From: the human T2T-CHM13v2.0 reference genome, Homo sapiens
NCBI RefSeq assembly: GCF_009914755.1
Contig: NC_060934.1
Length of the DNA stretch: 64,000 bases
Strand: one strand, 5' to 3'
Of this stretch, positions 27,584-44,686 are shown piece by piece. Below the pieces are notes generated by a model that saw only the letters and a list, made by a program, of their open reading frames with translations, made no database searches and was not told where the DNA came from. The stretch's first letter is position 1. The number at the start of each line of letters is the position of its first letter. The position numbers and the translations under genes were made by a program.

Positions 27584-27809
27584 TAATTTTTGTATTTTTA
27601 ATAGAGACAGGGTTTCACCATGTTGGCCAGGCTGGTCTTGAACTCCTGACCTCAAGTGATCCACCAGCCTCAGCCTCCCAGCCTTCTGGATTACAGGAGT
27701 GAGCCACTGTGCTCGGTCTCTGAGCCGTTTTTCTATAGGACAAGAGCAGGGACAGTAATTACTCCCATATGCATGGTTTTTCTGGGAAGTATGACTTGGC
27801 TGTGCCTTT

Positions 27810-28290
27810 ACAAAAAAGTATGGTAAAATATATGTAACATAAAATGTACTATCTTCACTGCTTTTAAGTGTATATTTCAGTGAAATTAAGTACATTCACA
27901 TTGTTGTACAACCAATCTCCAGAACCGTTTTACTGTTTTCATCTTACGAAACTGAAACTCAGCACCTTTAAACAATAACTCCCCATTTCCCCCACCCCCT
28001 ACCCATAGCAACCACCATTCTATTTCGTTTTTACCAATACGACTGCCCTAGGTATGTCATATAAGTGGAATCACACAGTAGGTGTCCTTTTGTGATTGGC
28101 TTATTTCACTTAGCATAATGTCTTCAAGGCCCATCCATGCTGTAGCATGTGTCAGAATTTCCTTCCTTTTCAGGGCTGAATCATATTTCACTATATGTAT
28201 AGACCACATTTTGTTTTGATGGACACTTGCGCTGCTTCTGCTTTTTGGCTATTGTGAATAATGTGGCTGTGGACATGGGTGTGCAACTAT
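27810..28290 (-). mobile_element. Old L1M 3' fragment
   Basis: aagtacattcacattgttgtacaacc...tggcttatttcacttagcataatg. Confidence 0.75.
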
Positions 28291-28814
28291 CTATTCATTT
28301 GTAGCCTGGGTACCAGCTCGGGTCACCTTCTTTTGATACTTTAATAAAATTGACTTGAAATATACATACAGCCGCCCACTACCCCAAACAAAAGAGAAGG
28401 GAAGCCTTCCTAGAAGTTGATGTAGTATCTCAAGGTGCCCCCTGCTCCCCATGGAGACCCTGATGACACCACTTCTGGAGTGCCAAGTGCTGCACCAGGA
28501 CTCTACTGCTTTTGTTCTGACTGCAGCCTCACGAGGTGGGCAAGGCCACTGCTGTCCCATTTGGGCCTCTTTACAAATGAGGAAAAGACACACATTTTCC
28601 CTGGCAAAACTCCAGCTTGGACAGCAGAGTAGGGAGCACATTGGAGGCCCCACTCAGGTCCTTGGCATGGCTCCCTTGCACAAGGTACAGCCTACACTAT
28701 TCTACATGACAGCCCTGAGGCAGGCATGGCTGGCAACCCAGCCTTACTGGTGAGAAAAGCGAAGCACAGAGGTGAGGAGTCTGCAAATTTTTTTTTAACT
28801 TTTTTTTTTTTTGA

Positions 28815-28979
<165 letters not shown>

Positions 28980-29462
28980 TGAGGCAGAGTCTCACTCTGT
29001 TGTCCAGGCTGGAGTGTAGTGGTATGATCTTGGCTCACTGCAGCCTGTTTCCCAGGTTCAAGCAATTCTCCTGCCTCAGCCTCCTGAGTAGCTGGGATTA
29101 CAGGCACGTGCCACCACACCTGGCTAATTTTTTTGTATTTTTAGTAGAGACAGGGTTTCACCATGTTGGCCAAGCTGGTCTTGAACTCCTGACCTCAAAT
29201 TATCCATCTGCCTCAGCCTTCAAAAGTGCCGGGATTACAGGTGTGAGCCATCGCACCTGGCCTCACACCCTGTTAATTAAAAAAATTTTTTTTTTGTAGA
29301 GATGGGGTCTCCTTGGGTTGCCGAGGCTGGTCTCAAACTCCTAGGCTCAAGTTCTCCTCCCACCTGGGCCTCCCAAACTGCCGGGATTACAGGCATGAGC
29401 TCCTGCGCTGGGCCTAGAGTTTGCAAGTTTGAAGCCTAGGGAGCATGTAGCCGGCTTTCAAA

Positions 29463-29961
29463 TGTAGATCTTATTTATATTCACATATGGTGAGGCCAGG
29501 AGATCAGGATCTGATTGCTATCGAAAGAATAATTGTTACTCACAGTTCCCAAGTAGAGAGGGCGGGTCATACCAGGCAGGGCCAGGAGTGGAGGCCTCAG
29601 GGTGGTCAGAAGGCAGAGTCAGGGAGGGGAAAATGTAGGCAGGAGCATTTGCTGTGTTTCTGAGGGAAGGAATGGTCGAGGCAGGGTAGGAAGCAGGCCT
29701 AGAATTGGCTACTGTGAATAATTTCAGTGGGCTTGTCAGTGGGGTGTAAGGGCTGGGGAATAGTGGCCTGGAGCGTGAGAACCCTGGAAGGGCCCTGTAA
29801 AGGGAATAGTTGGAAAATAGACTCTGGATTGGTTGGTTGGTATACAAAAGGCATGCTCACAAGTGAGTCCCTTACCATCTCTAGCCATGGGAGGGGCAGT
29901 TTCTCTAGGGTCAGCAAAGCCCCAAGATGTCAAACATCAGAATAAAGACATGCTTAATACA
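29463..29961. mobile_element. ERVL-like solo LTR (MER76-like, tentative)
   Basis: TGT...ACA ends about 500 bp apart; internal sequence resembles ERVL LTRs; no clean TSD. Confidence 0.55.
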
Positions 29962-30390
29962 AAGACAAAGCCTAGGTTCTGAATCCCTTTGCCATCATTT
30001 TTTAACCCTTTCTCTGTCAGTGGCTTTCAAACCTTTGCATTTCTTTTCCTCTGGCAGGGCACCCCTTTTCCTAAGTGAAATCTTGAGGCAGCCCAGTCTG
30101 TTAAAGAACGCTGCTCTGGCAGAAGGGAATTGTGGGGAGGGACCCTATCACCTGGCACCAGTTCATTTTTATTTTTAATTTTTTTTTGAGAGACAGGGTC
30201 TCACTCTGTTGCTCAGACTAAAGTGCTGTGGTGTGATCATGGATCTCTGTGGCCTTGAGCTTCTGGGCTTGAACAATGCTCCCACCCCAGCCTCTCAAGT
30301 AGCTAGGACTACGTGTGCACACCACCATGCCTGACTACCCGTTCATTTTATTTTATTTTTTATTTTTATTTATTTATTTTTATTTTTTGA

Positions 30391-30555
<165 letters not shown>

Positions 30556-30819
30556 TAGTAGAGATGCGGTTTCAACCATATTGGCCAGACTGATCTTGAG
30601 CTCCTGACCTGTGAACCTCCTGCCTCAGCCTCCCAAAGTGCTGGGAGCCACTGCGCCCAGCCCCCGTTCATTTTAGAATCAGTCTTCAAGGCTGCCCCAC
30701 GGAGAGTCTTCTGGTCCCCCTTAACAAGAGCAGAAAAGTAAAAGGATAGGCAGGGGCAGGGCACTTGGGGTGGCTACTCAGTGGTTATGTGGCCCTGGGT
30801 CAGTGCCATCCCTCTCTCC

Positions 30820-32530
30820 TTTTTAAACATCTTTATTGAGACATAATTCACATAGTATACAATTCACCCATTTAAATTGTACAATTCACTGGCTTTTAGC
30901 ATATTTGCATAATTGTATATCTATCACCACAGTCAGTTTTAGAACATTTTCATCACCCTAAGAAGAAACTCCTTAGCTCAGGGGTCCCCAACTCCTGGGC
31001 CACAGACTGGTAAGAGTAATGGTCCACAGCCCAGCCTGTTAGGAACCTGGCCGCACAGCAGAAGGTGAGCAGTGGGCAAGCGAGTGAAGCTTCATCTGTG
31101 TTTACAGTCACTCTGCATTGCTCGTATTACCACCTGAGCTCCACCTCCTGTCAGATCAGCAGTGGCATTCAAGTCTCATAGAACCATGAACGCTATTGTG
31201 AACTGCGCATGCGAGGGATGTAGGTTGTGCCCCTTATGAAAATCTAATGCCTGATGATCTGAGGTGAAGCTGAGGCGGTGATGCTTGCCCTGGGGAGTGG
31301 CTGCAAATACAGATGAATGTTAGCAGAGAAGTTTGCCTGCACAGAGACCATCATAAATCAATTGCTTGCAGACCCATATCAAATCCCCATCAGTGAGTGG
31401 CAAGGGAAAATTAAGCTGAATCTGGTGGCAGGTTTTATGGTGGCAAGTGAGTCAATGTACTTCAGTTGCACAGCTGCCTTGAAAGTATCTTTGAGACAAC
31501 TTCAAGTCTCTGTACGTTCTGGATTAAAGTCAAGGCAGAATGTCCTGAGACTGCCAGAAAAACACTGAAAAGCCTGCTTCCGTTTCCAACATCCTATCCT
31601 TGTGAAGCAGGGTTTTCCTCAGTGAACCAAAATGAGATTATGGAGTAGACTGGGCATAAGCAACACACTTAGGGTATCCCTGTCTCCCAAACCCCCTAGA
31701 TGGGACCGTCTAGTTGCAGGAAAACAAGCTCAGGGCTCCCACTGATTCTACATTATGGTGAGTTGTATAATTATTTCATTATATATTACAATGTAATAAT
31801 AATATAAATAAAGTGCACAATAAACTGTTATGCACTTGAATCATCTGGAAACTACCTCCCATCCTCCAGCAGTCTGTGGAAAAATTGTCTTCCATGAAAC
31901 CAGTCCCTGGTGCAAAAAGGTTGGAGACCACTGCCTTAGCTGTTCTCTCACCCTGATTTCTCCTCTCCCCCAACCCTAGGCAACCAATAATCTACTCTCT
32001 GTTGCTTTCAATTTCCCTATTCTGGACATTCCATATGAATGGAATCATTTACTATGTGATCCTGTGTGGTCTTCTATGACTGGCTTCATTCACATAGTAT
32101 GTTTTCAGAGTTCATCCATGTTGTAGCATGTATCAGAACTTCATTCCTTTCTATGATTGAATAATATTTCGTTGTATGGACAGATCACATTTTGTTTATC
32201 CATTCATCAGTTGATAGACTTTTGGGGAGATTCCATTTTTGGGTACTACGGATAATGCTGCTATGGACATTTTCGTGCCAGCTTTCGTGTGGAGGTATAT
32301 TTTCATTTGTCTTGGGTGTCTACTAGCTAAGAGAGGAATGGCCGGGTCATGTGGTGTCCATATGTTTAATTTTTTGAGGAACTGCCAAACTGTGTCTCAA
32401 AGTGGCTGCCCCATTTGACATTCCTACCAGCAGTGTAGGAGGGTTCTGATTTCTCCACATCCTTGCAAATACTTGTAATTGTTCATCTTTTTATTCCAGC
32501 CATCCCAGTGGCCGTGAGGAGGTATCTCAT
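30820..32530 (-). mobile_element. Old L1M (L1MB-like) 3' end, host of the Charlie3 element
   Basis: tttattgagacataattcaca...ttcatccatgttgtagcatg...gaggaactgccaaactg, typical of the antisense L1MB 3' region. Confidence 0.8.
30979..31933 (+). mobile_element. hAT DNA transposon, Charlie3/MER1 family, internally deleted
   Basis: TIRs caggggtccccaac / gttggagaccactg. Perfect 8-bp TSD ccttagct at 30971-30978 and 31934-31941. Transposase remnant FWIKVKAECPE...LLPFPTSYPCEAGFS. Confidence 0.92.
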
Positions 32531-32539
32531 TGTGTGTGG

Positions 32540-33525
<986 letters not shown>

Positions 33526-33944
33526 CCAGTGTGGTTTTGATGCACACTTTCCTGGTGGCTCACCTTCCCTGCTTCTCTTATACTCTCTGCAAAGGGAGAA
33601 TCCAGAGGTTTCTCAAGTTCCCTGAGGGGTGCTGTCACGCCCCTTTCCTCCCTGTCACCACACTCCCTACTCCCCACCCCCCACCTACAGCTGTGATTCT
33701 CCATGGTGCTGAGAGGAACCCTTCGTGAACTCAGGATGTCAAGCTAGAGAGACCTTCATCTTCATCCAGTCCAAACTGCTAAACTATCTGACAGGTGAGG
33801 AAACTGAGGCCCAGAGGGATGTGGGTTACTTAATTAATGGTGCCTGGCATGTTAGTGGCAGAGCTGGGTTGAGACCAGAGAATCCATGCTTGCACAGGGG
33901 ACAAGGAGCTCTGGGTTTGATTCTAGACTGTCGCCATGACTGTG

Positions 33945-34016
33945 CCCTCCCTCCCTCCCTCCCTCCCTCCCTCCCTTCCTTCCTTCCTTTTCTTCCCTTT
34001 CTTTCCTTTCTTCTTT
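33945..34016. repeat. (CCCT)n/(CCTT)n polypyrimidine tract in an Alu tail
   Basis: Directly visible. Confidence 0.88.
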
Positions 34017-34163
34017 CGAGACAGGGTCACACTCTGTCACCCAGGCTGAAGTGCAGTGTTGAGATTATGGTTCACTGCAGCCTTGACCTCCTGGGCTCGA
34101 GTAATCTTCCCAGCTCAGCTTCCTGAGTAGTCGGGATTATAGGTGTGCACCACCTCCAGCTAA

Positions 34164-34322
<159 letters not shown>

Positions 34323-34783
34323 TGAACAGCAGTTTCCTCATCCATATAATGGAGATGATACCTACCCTATGGGGTTGTTTTGAGCATATAAAATATTTAA
34401 TATAGTAAGTAAATAACTTATTTAATTTTGGAATAATTACTATTTAAGTGCCTATGATAAAAGAAAGTCAAATAGTACAAAGGAGTATAACGTGAAAAAG
34501 AAACCTCTTTCTCCAACCCCGTCCTGGGGGCCACCATTACCACCAGACTCTTGTCTTTTCTGTCAGATCTCTTCTATGGATATAATGGAAGTTATTTATC
34601 ACATGGGACCTTAGAGTTGGAGATCATTAACTTGCCTGCTTTTCTAAGCTGGTCTTTCCCACTTTGCCCCTTCAACCCCCCTTCTTGTGGCAGCACACAA
34701 ACCGTGGGCCTCCCTTATTTGTCCAGCTCCCCCTTCCCAAGCCCCCTCCACCTGGTAATGATTTCCTAGAGCGTCTCCCAGGG

Positions 34784-34845
34784 GTCTCCATGGGGACGTT
34801 TCCTGCTCCAATCTCCATGGCAACTCTTCAGGTTGCCATGGTGAC
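34784..34845. promoter_or_regulatory. Cluster of three RFX X-box motifs (candidate enhancer)
   Basis: gtctccatggggac (34784-34797), atctccatggcaac (34811-34824) and gttgccatggtgac (34832-34845) versus the consensus GTTGCCATGGCAAC. Confidence 0.65.
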
Positions 34846-35232
34846 ACTTAAGCGATTATTTGGAGACCCTTAAATAAATCACCCGTGGTGGTATATGCTA
34901 GACGTGTTTGGCTCTGGCTCTTGTGTTTGGGGCCAGGGTTGGGGCCCAGGCCCGAAGGCAGAAAATGTGGGGAGGTGGGAGATGGTGGTCAGAGCCCGAT
35001 GCCCTTGGTCTGGCCCTGTGAGGGGCCCTCTTTGGGCAAAATTGGAATTGAGCCTTTTGTGAAGTGGTGGGAGGACAACAGGCAGTTATGCTTGTGCAGT
35101 CCTTAAATAGGGAGACCCTGCAGCCAGCAGGACATCTTAACTCTGATCAGGATGGGGGCAACTTGGAGCTATGCAGTAACCAAGCAGGGATTCCACTCCA
35201 GGCCTGCTGGGCTCCAAGGCCCTCACTCCTCC

Positions 35233-35242
35233 TTGACGTCAA
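35233..35242. promoter_or_regulatory. Full CRE palindrome TTGACGTCAA
   Basis: Perfect TGACGTCA with intact CpG, in unique sequence about 390 bp from the X-box cluster. Confidence 0.4.
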
Positions 35243-35274
35243 ATTCTAAAAGGGAATTTAAGATGGAATCCACT

Positions 35275-35430
35275 CCTTCATATATTCATTTATTTGACCG
35301 ATGTGTTTAAAGTGGCTACTATGTGCCAGGCACTGTGTGCTAAGCATTGGGAATACAGCAGTGAATTAAAAAACAAAACCCCTGTCCTCATGGAGCTTAT
35401 ATTCGACCAGCGAGAGGCAGACAATTAGCA
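35275..35430 (-). mobile_element. L2 3'-end relic (similar near 38020-38125 and 50570-50730)
   Basis: ttcatttattt...tactatgtgccaggcactgtg...cctgtcctcatggagcttatattc. Confidence 0.65.
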
Positions 35431-35621
35431 AAACAAAACATCCATGGCCGGGCGCAGTGCTTCATGCCTGTAATTCCAGCATTTTGGGATGCCAAGGTGG
35501 GTGGATCACCTGAGGTCAGGAGTTCGAGACCAGCCTGGCCAACATGGTGAAACCCCATTTCTACTAAAAATACCAAAATTAGCCGGGCATGGTGGTGTGT
35601 GCCTGTAATCTCAGCTACTTA

Positions 35622-35789
<168 letters not shown>

Positions 35790-36555
35790 TCAGTATTAGG
35801 GAAGGGGCCTAGAGAACAGCAGGGTAAGCTGTGGCACACACTGACACCAGGGCCGGGTTGGGGGGGGGTCCCAGGCACCGTCTTGGGGCTCAGCTTCAGG
35901 TCCCAGGACAATTCCTGAAAGGTAAGAGGGTGAGGTATGGAAGGAGCTAGCCAATACTTGAGACTCCATCAGCAGTGACCAGCTCCCTCCGCGTGTTCTG
36001 CCTAAGCGATGTACAAAGCTTTCCAGCTTCTAGATGCCTCACGGATGCTTGGAAGCAGAAATGCATGGCTGAGACTTTAATCTCCACTATATAGACTGGG
36101 AAACAGATGCAGAAGGGAGGCAGCCTGCCGAAGGCAATGCCGCTAATGGCAGGCAGAAAGGTGGCTAGAACTGGAGTCATGGCTATCCCAGTCCAGGTCC
36201 ATTTCTGCCAGACCAGTGGATTTATCACCAGATCTGCAAATTCATACTTCCCTGAGTGCTGTCTTACTGAATAAGTAGCTTATCTTGTACATGAGGAAGA
36301 TCATGTTGTCTATGGGGAGAGATTGTGATTTACCTGTAACACCAGTGTCAGGTGATTATACCATGCTCCCTGACTCGGAGCTTTACTGCAGGCCACTCGG
36401 GTCAGGCCTGTTCCTCGGTGGTGGAACAGACTGCAAGGTACAAGAACAGGCTTCTTCTAGCCTCCGACTTCCCCAGCCCACTGGCACTCCTCCCAGAAAT
36501 GAAGTTTGGAAGCACAGGCCTACTTAAGGCCTGGACAACCCAAAAAGCTTCCTGA

Positions 36556-36960
<405 letters not shown>

Positions 36961-37189
36961 TAGGACGAGTTCATTTGGCTGGTGAGTTGTTCCATACTCC
37001 TTGGCAGATTCCAGCTTCCATGACTACCATCCTGCTTCTCTTTTCTGAGTGTGGACTATCCACCTTCATACAGGTCTCAGGGTTGGGGCCAGGCTAGCAG
37101 GAAATAGAAAATCATTTCTGGTTAGCCTAAGCCCCAGGAAGCATTTACTGGAAAGTTCTTGGAGAGTAAATGGAGGAGCTGAATGGCCA

Positions 37190-38001
<812 letters not shown>

Positions 38002-40927
38002 TGACTAGATTAATTCCACAAGGAAAAGAGCCATAGGAATATTGCTCATCATTCTAAACCCAGGACCTGGTATTGGCGCCAGGATATAGTAGGGGGTCAA
38101 AAAAGTGTTATTTGTTGAATGAATGTTTGACAGTCACATTTTCCATCAGCCCTGAAACATTTTAAACAGCCTGCAAAGGGAATGTGATCTAATTTAAATG
38201 TCAGTTTATATATTTAAAACAAAACAAAACAAAAAAACCCCACCGTAACTCAAGCATGAAATTTGCAAGAAGGGGAAAGGAAAAGGGAGAATGAAGGGAT
38301 CAGGGTCTCAGTCTCTTTTTTCTGAGGGATTAGGGGGATATTCTGACCTTTGTCAAGCCAAAAAAGAAAAAAAGAAAGGTCCTGCCCATCAGAGGCAGAG
38401 ATACGATCATCCTCCACTTCCTGTGGCCCTCCCCCTCTTTCTTTGCTAACAGAGGCGTCTATTTTTAGCTAGGCACATGGCCACCCAGAGTCCAAACATT
38501 TTCCAGCCTCTCTGGAGCTGGGTTTGGCTACGTAAGTTCTGGCTCATGGGATGTAAACAGAAGTGTCAAGTAACTTTTGGGAACTTTCCTTAAAGGGAAG
38601 TGCTATGTCTCTTTCCCCTTCTCCTGGCTGGAATGCCTGGAACCTCAGCAGCCACATTGAACCATGAGGAATGGTGGAGGGGTGGTGTAGCAGAAGGCTG
38701 GGAGGGGCCTGGGTCCCTCCCCGACAACTTGGTGAACTGTCGTATCAGCCTTGGAATGCCTACTGTGGACTTTTCATGTCAGAAAAGAAAATCCTATGTA
38801 TTTCAGGCTTGTTGACTTGCATTTTTTGGTCACCTTGTCCTAACTGGTGACTGGTGCCTACCAGCCTTACGTTGCTATCACTGGAAGGGACCACTCAACT
38901 ACCTTGAGAACACTCAAGTACCTTCCCGGACAGGGTCTGCTCCAAGATGACTGGATTTCTTTACCATCAGCTGTTGATTTATTTTTTTGAGACAGGGTCT
39001 CACTGTGTTGCCCAGGCCGGAATGCAGTGGATCTTGGCTCACTGCAGCCTCCACCTCCTGGGCTCAATTGATCCTCCCACCTCAGCTGGGACCACAGATG
39101 TGAGCCATGATGCCCAGTTAATTTTTTTGTATTTTTTGTAGAGATGGGGTTTTGCCATGTTGCCCAGGCTGCTAGGTATTGATTAAAAAAAAAAACAAAA
39201 ACTGGCAAGACCTTCAGAAGGTACAAAATTAGAAAGGTACAATAGAACAGAGTGAAGCCTGGGCAACATGGTGAAACCCCATCTCTACCAAAAAAAAAAA
39301 AAAAAAAAAAGAAAGAAAAATTAGCTGGGCAATGTGCCTGTAGTCCTACTCGCTCTGGAGGCTGAGATGGGAAGGACTGCTTGAGCCTGGGAGGTGAAGA
39401 GGTTGCAGCGACCCGAGATCATCACGCCACTCTACTCCAGCCTGGGCGACAGAGCATGAACCTGTCTGGGAAAACAAACAAACAAAAAACATAGGGTCAC
39501 TTCCTACCTCTGTCCTTGTCATACCCATTTTCTGTTCCATTCTTCTTCTTCTTCTTTTTTTTTTTTTTTTAACAGGGTCTCACTCTGTTACCCATACTGA
39601 AGTACAGTGGCGTGATCTTGGCTCATCACAACCTCTGCCTCCCAGGATCAAGTGATTCTCCTGCCTCAGCCTCCTGAGTAGCTGGGATTACAGGTGTGTA
39701 CCACTAGTACCCGGCTAATTTTTGTATTTTTAGTAGAGACGGGGTTTCACCATGTTGGCCAGGCTGGTCTTAAACTCCTGACCTCAAATGATCCACCAGC
39801 CTCAGCCTCCCAAAGTGTTGGGATTATAGGCATGAGCCACTGTGCCCGGCCCTAATATATTCTTTTAAAGAGAGAGAAAAATGTTAAGTTCTCCCTTATG
39901 GGATACCTTCTTACATAATCTAAATACATAGCTGTTGTCAACATCCATACCTCTACAAAAAAACCTGCCTGTCTGAATTATTCTGGTCTTACTACCTGTG
40001 ACTCTAAAATGAGATCACGCTTACCTTATGGCCTGCATTAAAGTGTTCAAGCCCTCAACCACACAGTGGCCACATCCATCCCCTTCCCGAACCCTTCTCC
40101 CCCCCCATGTAAAATACTTCCCACGACCTACTGATTGAGCAGACAGCTGGGTAGTCATTATGTCTAGGGAGGCTGGATCCCAAGTCCACCAAGCTCCACT
40201 TAGGGTCAAATAAAGAGAGCCAGGGGATTGGTTTTTAGTTGTGAATTCACAGACCATGTTTTTCAGTAAAAAAAAAAGTCACTGTATTAATAATTGCAAA
40301 CATTTAATGTGTATTATGTGCCAGGCACTGTACTAAGACCTTTTTATGTGTAATCACGTTTAAAACTCACAATGACCCAATGAGTCAAACACTACTAAAC
40401 AGTATTCCTAGCTTATAAATGAGTAAAGTGAGGCAAGGAGAGGTTAAGTAATTTGTTCATGTGCACCAGATGGAAAGGGAGAATTGACGCTGGGCATGGC
40501 GGCTCACGCCTGTAATCCCAGCACTTTGAGAGGATTGCTTGAGCCCAGGTGTTCGAGACCAGCTGGGCAACATATAGCAAGACCTGTCTCTATTTAAAAT
40601 AAAAAAAAAAATTATAAAAATAAAAAAAAGAAAGGGGGAGTTGGGATTTAAATCCTGACACTGATTGTAGAACTCAGGCTCTTAACAAGATGACCCTGAC
40701 CAGATGGTAAGCTCCATTCATGCAGGGACCTTCCCCAAGGGCCTAGTGCACTGCCTGGCACAGAGCAGAAGTGTAGCAAATATTAATGGATTCAAATGTT
40801 CACACGCTAACACTGCCAGTAGGTTGAGGAAAGGATGGTGGCAACGTTTCCCAGTGACTGCAGGCTTGTGTCCTCGCTCAGGGCACACTCCCCAGAATCC
40901 AAGCCTAAGGTAAGGAGGCCAAATTAG

Positions 40928-41524
<597 letters not shown>

Positions 41525-42208
41525 TAGCAAGCCTTAAATCTTTGTTGAATGAATAAAAGTTAAGCTATGCACCTGATCCTGGCCAGACGGCCCTTCAGAC
41601 TCCAGACTTGAGTCCTTTCAGCGCCTCCTACTGGGACTGGATTAGCTGCATCTCAGAGGGCACTTTATTTCCTACATTTCTAAGTCACAGGGGTGGGGGT
41701 AACTGGGGCATTCACTGTTGACCTCCAGCACCCGAAGAGGTGAGCTCCTGACGGGGGTTGGTTCTCATTCTAGGAGTTAGAACTCATACAAGGCCAACGT
41801 CCTTTTTCACAACCCATAAGGATGATTCTGCTATAGTTTTAGGTAACGCAAATATTTCCTCTCTTGGGTTTTGGCTGAAAAATAAAGAGGTCTGCCAACA
41901 GACAGCAAAAATCAAGAAAAGTAAACATACAATGCCAGGTTCAATCAGACATGAATCAATGGGAATACACATGGATAAACCCTGAAATAGAAACACGGCA
42001 CCATAGTTTAACTGACACATATATATACTGAAGGACTCCAGAATGTCTCTCCCACCCCTAAAGTGCTGAACACTGCAGGGAGCTGTAACTGAGTCAGGAG
42101 CTATTTTAATCTCCCTTGTAAAAAAGACGTAAAAATGGCAAAGAACTGGACAGAATGCTAGTCAAGAATTTGTAACTATTCATGGATGAGATGGAATTCA
42201 CACGTATT

Positions 42209-42214
42209 TTTATT
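42209..42214 (-). terminator. Candidate major polyadenylation signal AATAAA
   Basis: tttatt on + strand. Other AATAAA hexamers on the minus strand lie at 42672-42677 and 41664-41669. Confidence 0.65.
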
Positions 42215-43164
42215 TCTTCCAAGCAGGTACAGAGACTCAAATGTAACCCTTTGAGCTCTCATGCTTGAGGATGTGCTGCTACCTGGCCTTTGAGCTCTGT
42301 GCTGGCATAAAGCCCAAGGCCTGGGCAGGGCAGATGATCAAAGTAGGGAGAATTTTAACACCAGTCATGGGACACAGTGGGGAGCACAAACAGTAGGGTT
42401 TACCAGGCAATGCTGTTGATGTTGATAGTCCTAGCAAGGCTGGCAGTTCCAGGAGGAGGACCAGCACCTCCAGGACGTATGACTTCCCCCCCTACCCATG
42501 GGTGATGTGATCCTTCACATAACCATTCTGCTCCAAGGTCTGCCTTGTTCTCAAGTGCTATACGCTGATTCGCACCCATCACAATCACACACGTCTCACA
42601 CAGACTCCAGACCCTGCAGCGCCCAACTGAGTACTCACTCACGCAAGGTGAGGCTCCTTGGCGGTGCCATCTTTATTATTCCCAGCCACAAGTTATAGCC
42701 ACAACCTCTCTTCCATTTAAAGTGTGCGTCACCCGCAGAAGACAACAGGTGCCGGAGTTCACTCCTATGATTCAATTCTACCCTCCCCTGGCCTTTGCAC
42801 GGATCCCAGTGGTCCTGGCTCGGATCAGGCCTACAGCTTACTTCCCAGGCATGCTTCCAGGAAGGCAGTTGGGGTGGGGGGTACCCCTTTATGGCTCTTC
42901 CCAGGTTACATGAGAACTGGTGATCTCGGTGGGGTCTCAAGTAGAAGCCCTGAATTAGTGTTCATTAACAAACTTAATCCTTTGTCCTAAACCAGGCTCT
43001 AGCTCAATTCAAAGATAAAGGGGGGTTAAACATTAAGAAAAATGGCATTTTTTTTCCACATCACTGATACCCCAAGAGAAGTTAATAGGTCTACCTTGTA
43101 GATGCAGGGAAATCAAAAGGTCAAACTATAATTTTTTATAAAAACTAATTTTTTTTTACGCTTA

Positions 43165-43492
<328 letters not shown>

Positions 43493-44515
43493 TAAACCCA
43501 ACCACTGGCCAAAAATCACTCGGTCACGAATTCCTAATCCACAATCACATCAGTAGGAAGGGAAAGCACTCATTCTAACACAGATCCAAGAACCAATGGC
43601 TACCCCGGGTACCTTAACAGCATCAACTCAGAACTTAAAAAATCAACTAGAGATCATCCAAGGAACGTAAGTATAATTCTACAAAAAACCATCTCATCCC
43701 CATTGCAGCAGGCCCCAAACTCCAGTGAGGCTTCCATAGGCCATGGAGAATGGGTTTGGCTCTTGTCACAGGGTAGAGCCCCATGATAGGGGTCTGAGGT
43801 AGATGAAAACAACAGGGTAGCCAGGGGCATCTATAGAAGATGTTACAGAGCTGCCTGGGCCTCATGACAGTTGCACCTCAGTTACAAATCCCAGACGGCT
43901 CTATTTGCTTAAACCAGTTTTTCCAGTGACGCTTACATGCTGACTTTCTTGGTTTCTATAGATGCTTGGTTTCAAAAATAAAACTAAAATAACAAAAATT
44001 CCAAATCCCTCAAATGGAACAAATAAATAATAGTAACAATATTTACATAAGTATGTCACATTGAGAGATTCCAGCATGACCAAGGAATGGAAAATCCAAG
44101 AATGTGCCCTGGCCTGTGTGGGGCTCAGGCCTGGCTCATCGTCAGGTGTGAAGACACCATGGGGAGCCGATGGATGTATGCAGTGAGCTGGGATGGACCA
44201 TGACACCTGGCTGGGCTTTAAGTCCAGGGAAGCAGTGTGTGCACGAGCTGTGGGGCCGTCTATAGATTAGGTTTCAAGCAAGCAAACAATAAAACCCTCA
44301 GCTCTCCCGAGCAGCGTGGCACAGTCAGGGTCACTGGTGTGAGCTGCACCCTATCAGAGGAGAAGCTGCTCCTGGGGATGCCAAGAGGGCTTCTCTGATT
44401 GCTGGCATAGGTGGGGACCTCAGGACCCCCGTCCCAGGGAGCACAAAACTCTTTATACATCAGCTGGAGACAGGACAAGGAGTCAAGGTCAGGCATGGTC
44501 CCCTCTTTCTTTGGA

Positions 44516-44686
<171 letters not shown>

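Noticed and set aside
35850-35868. G-quadruplex-like gggccgggttggggggggg
   Set aside because: Single isolated motif with no supporting context.
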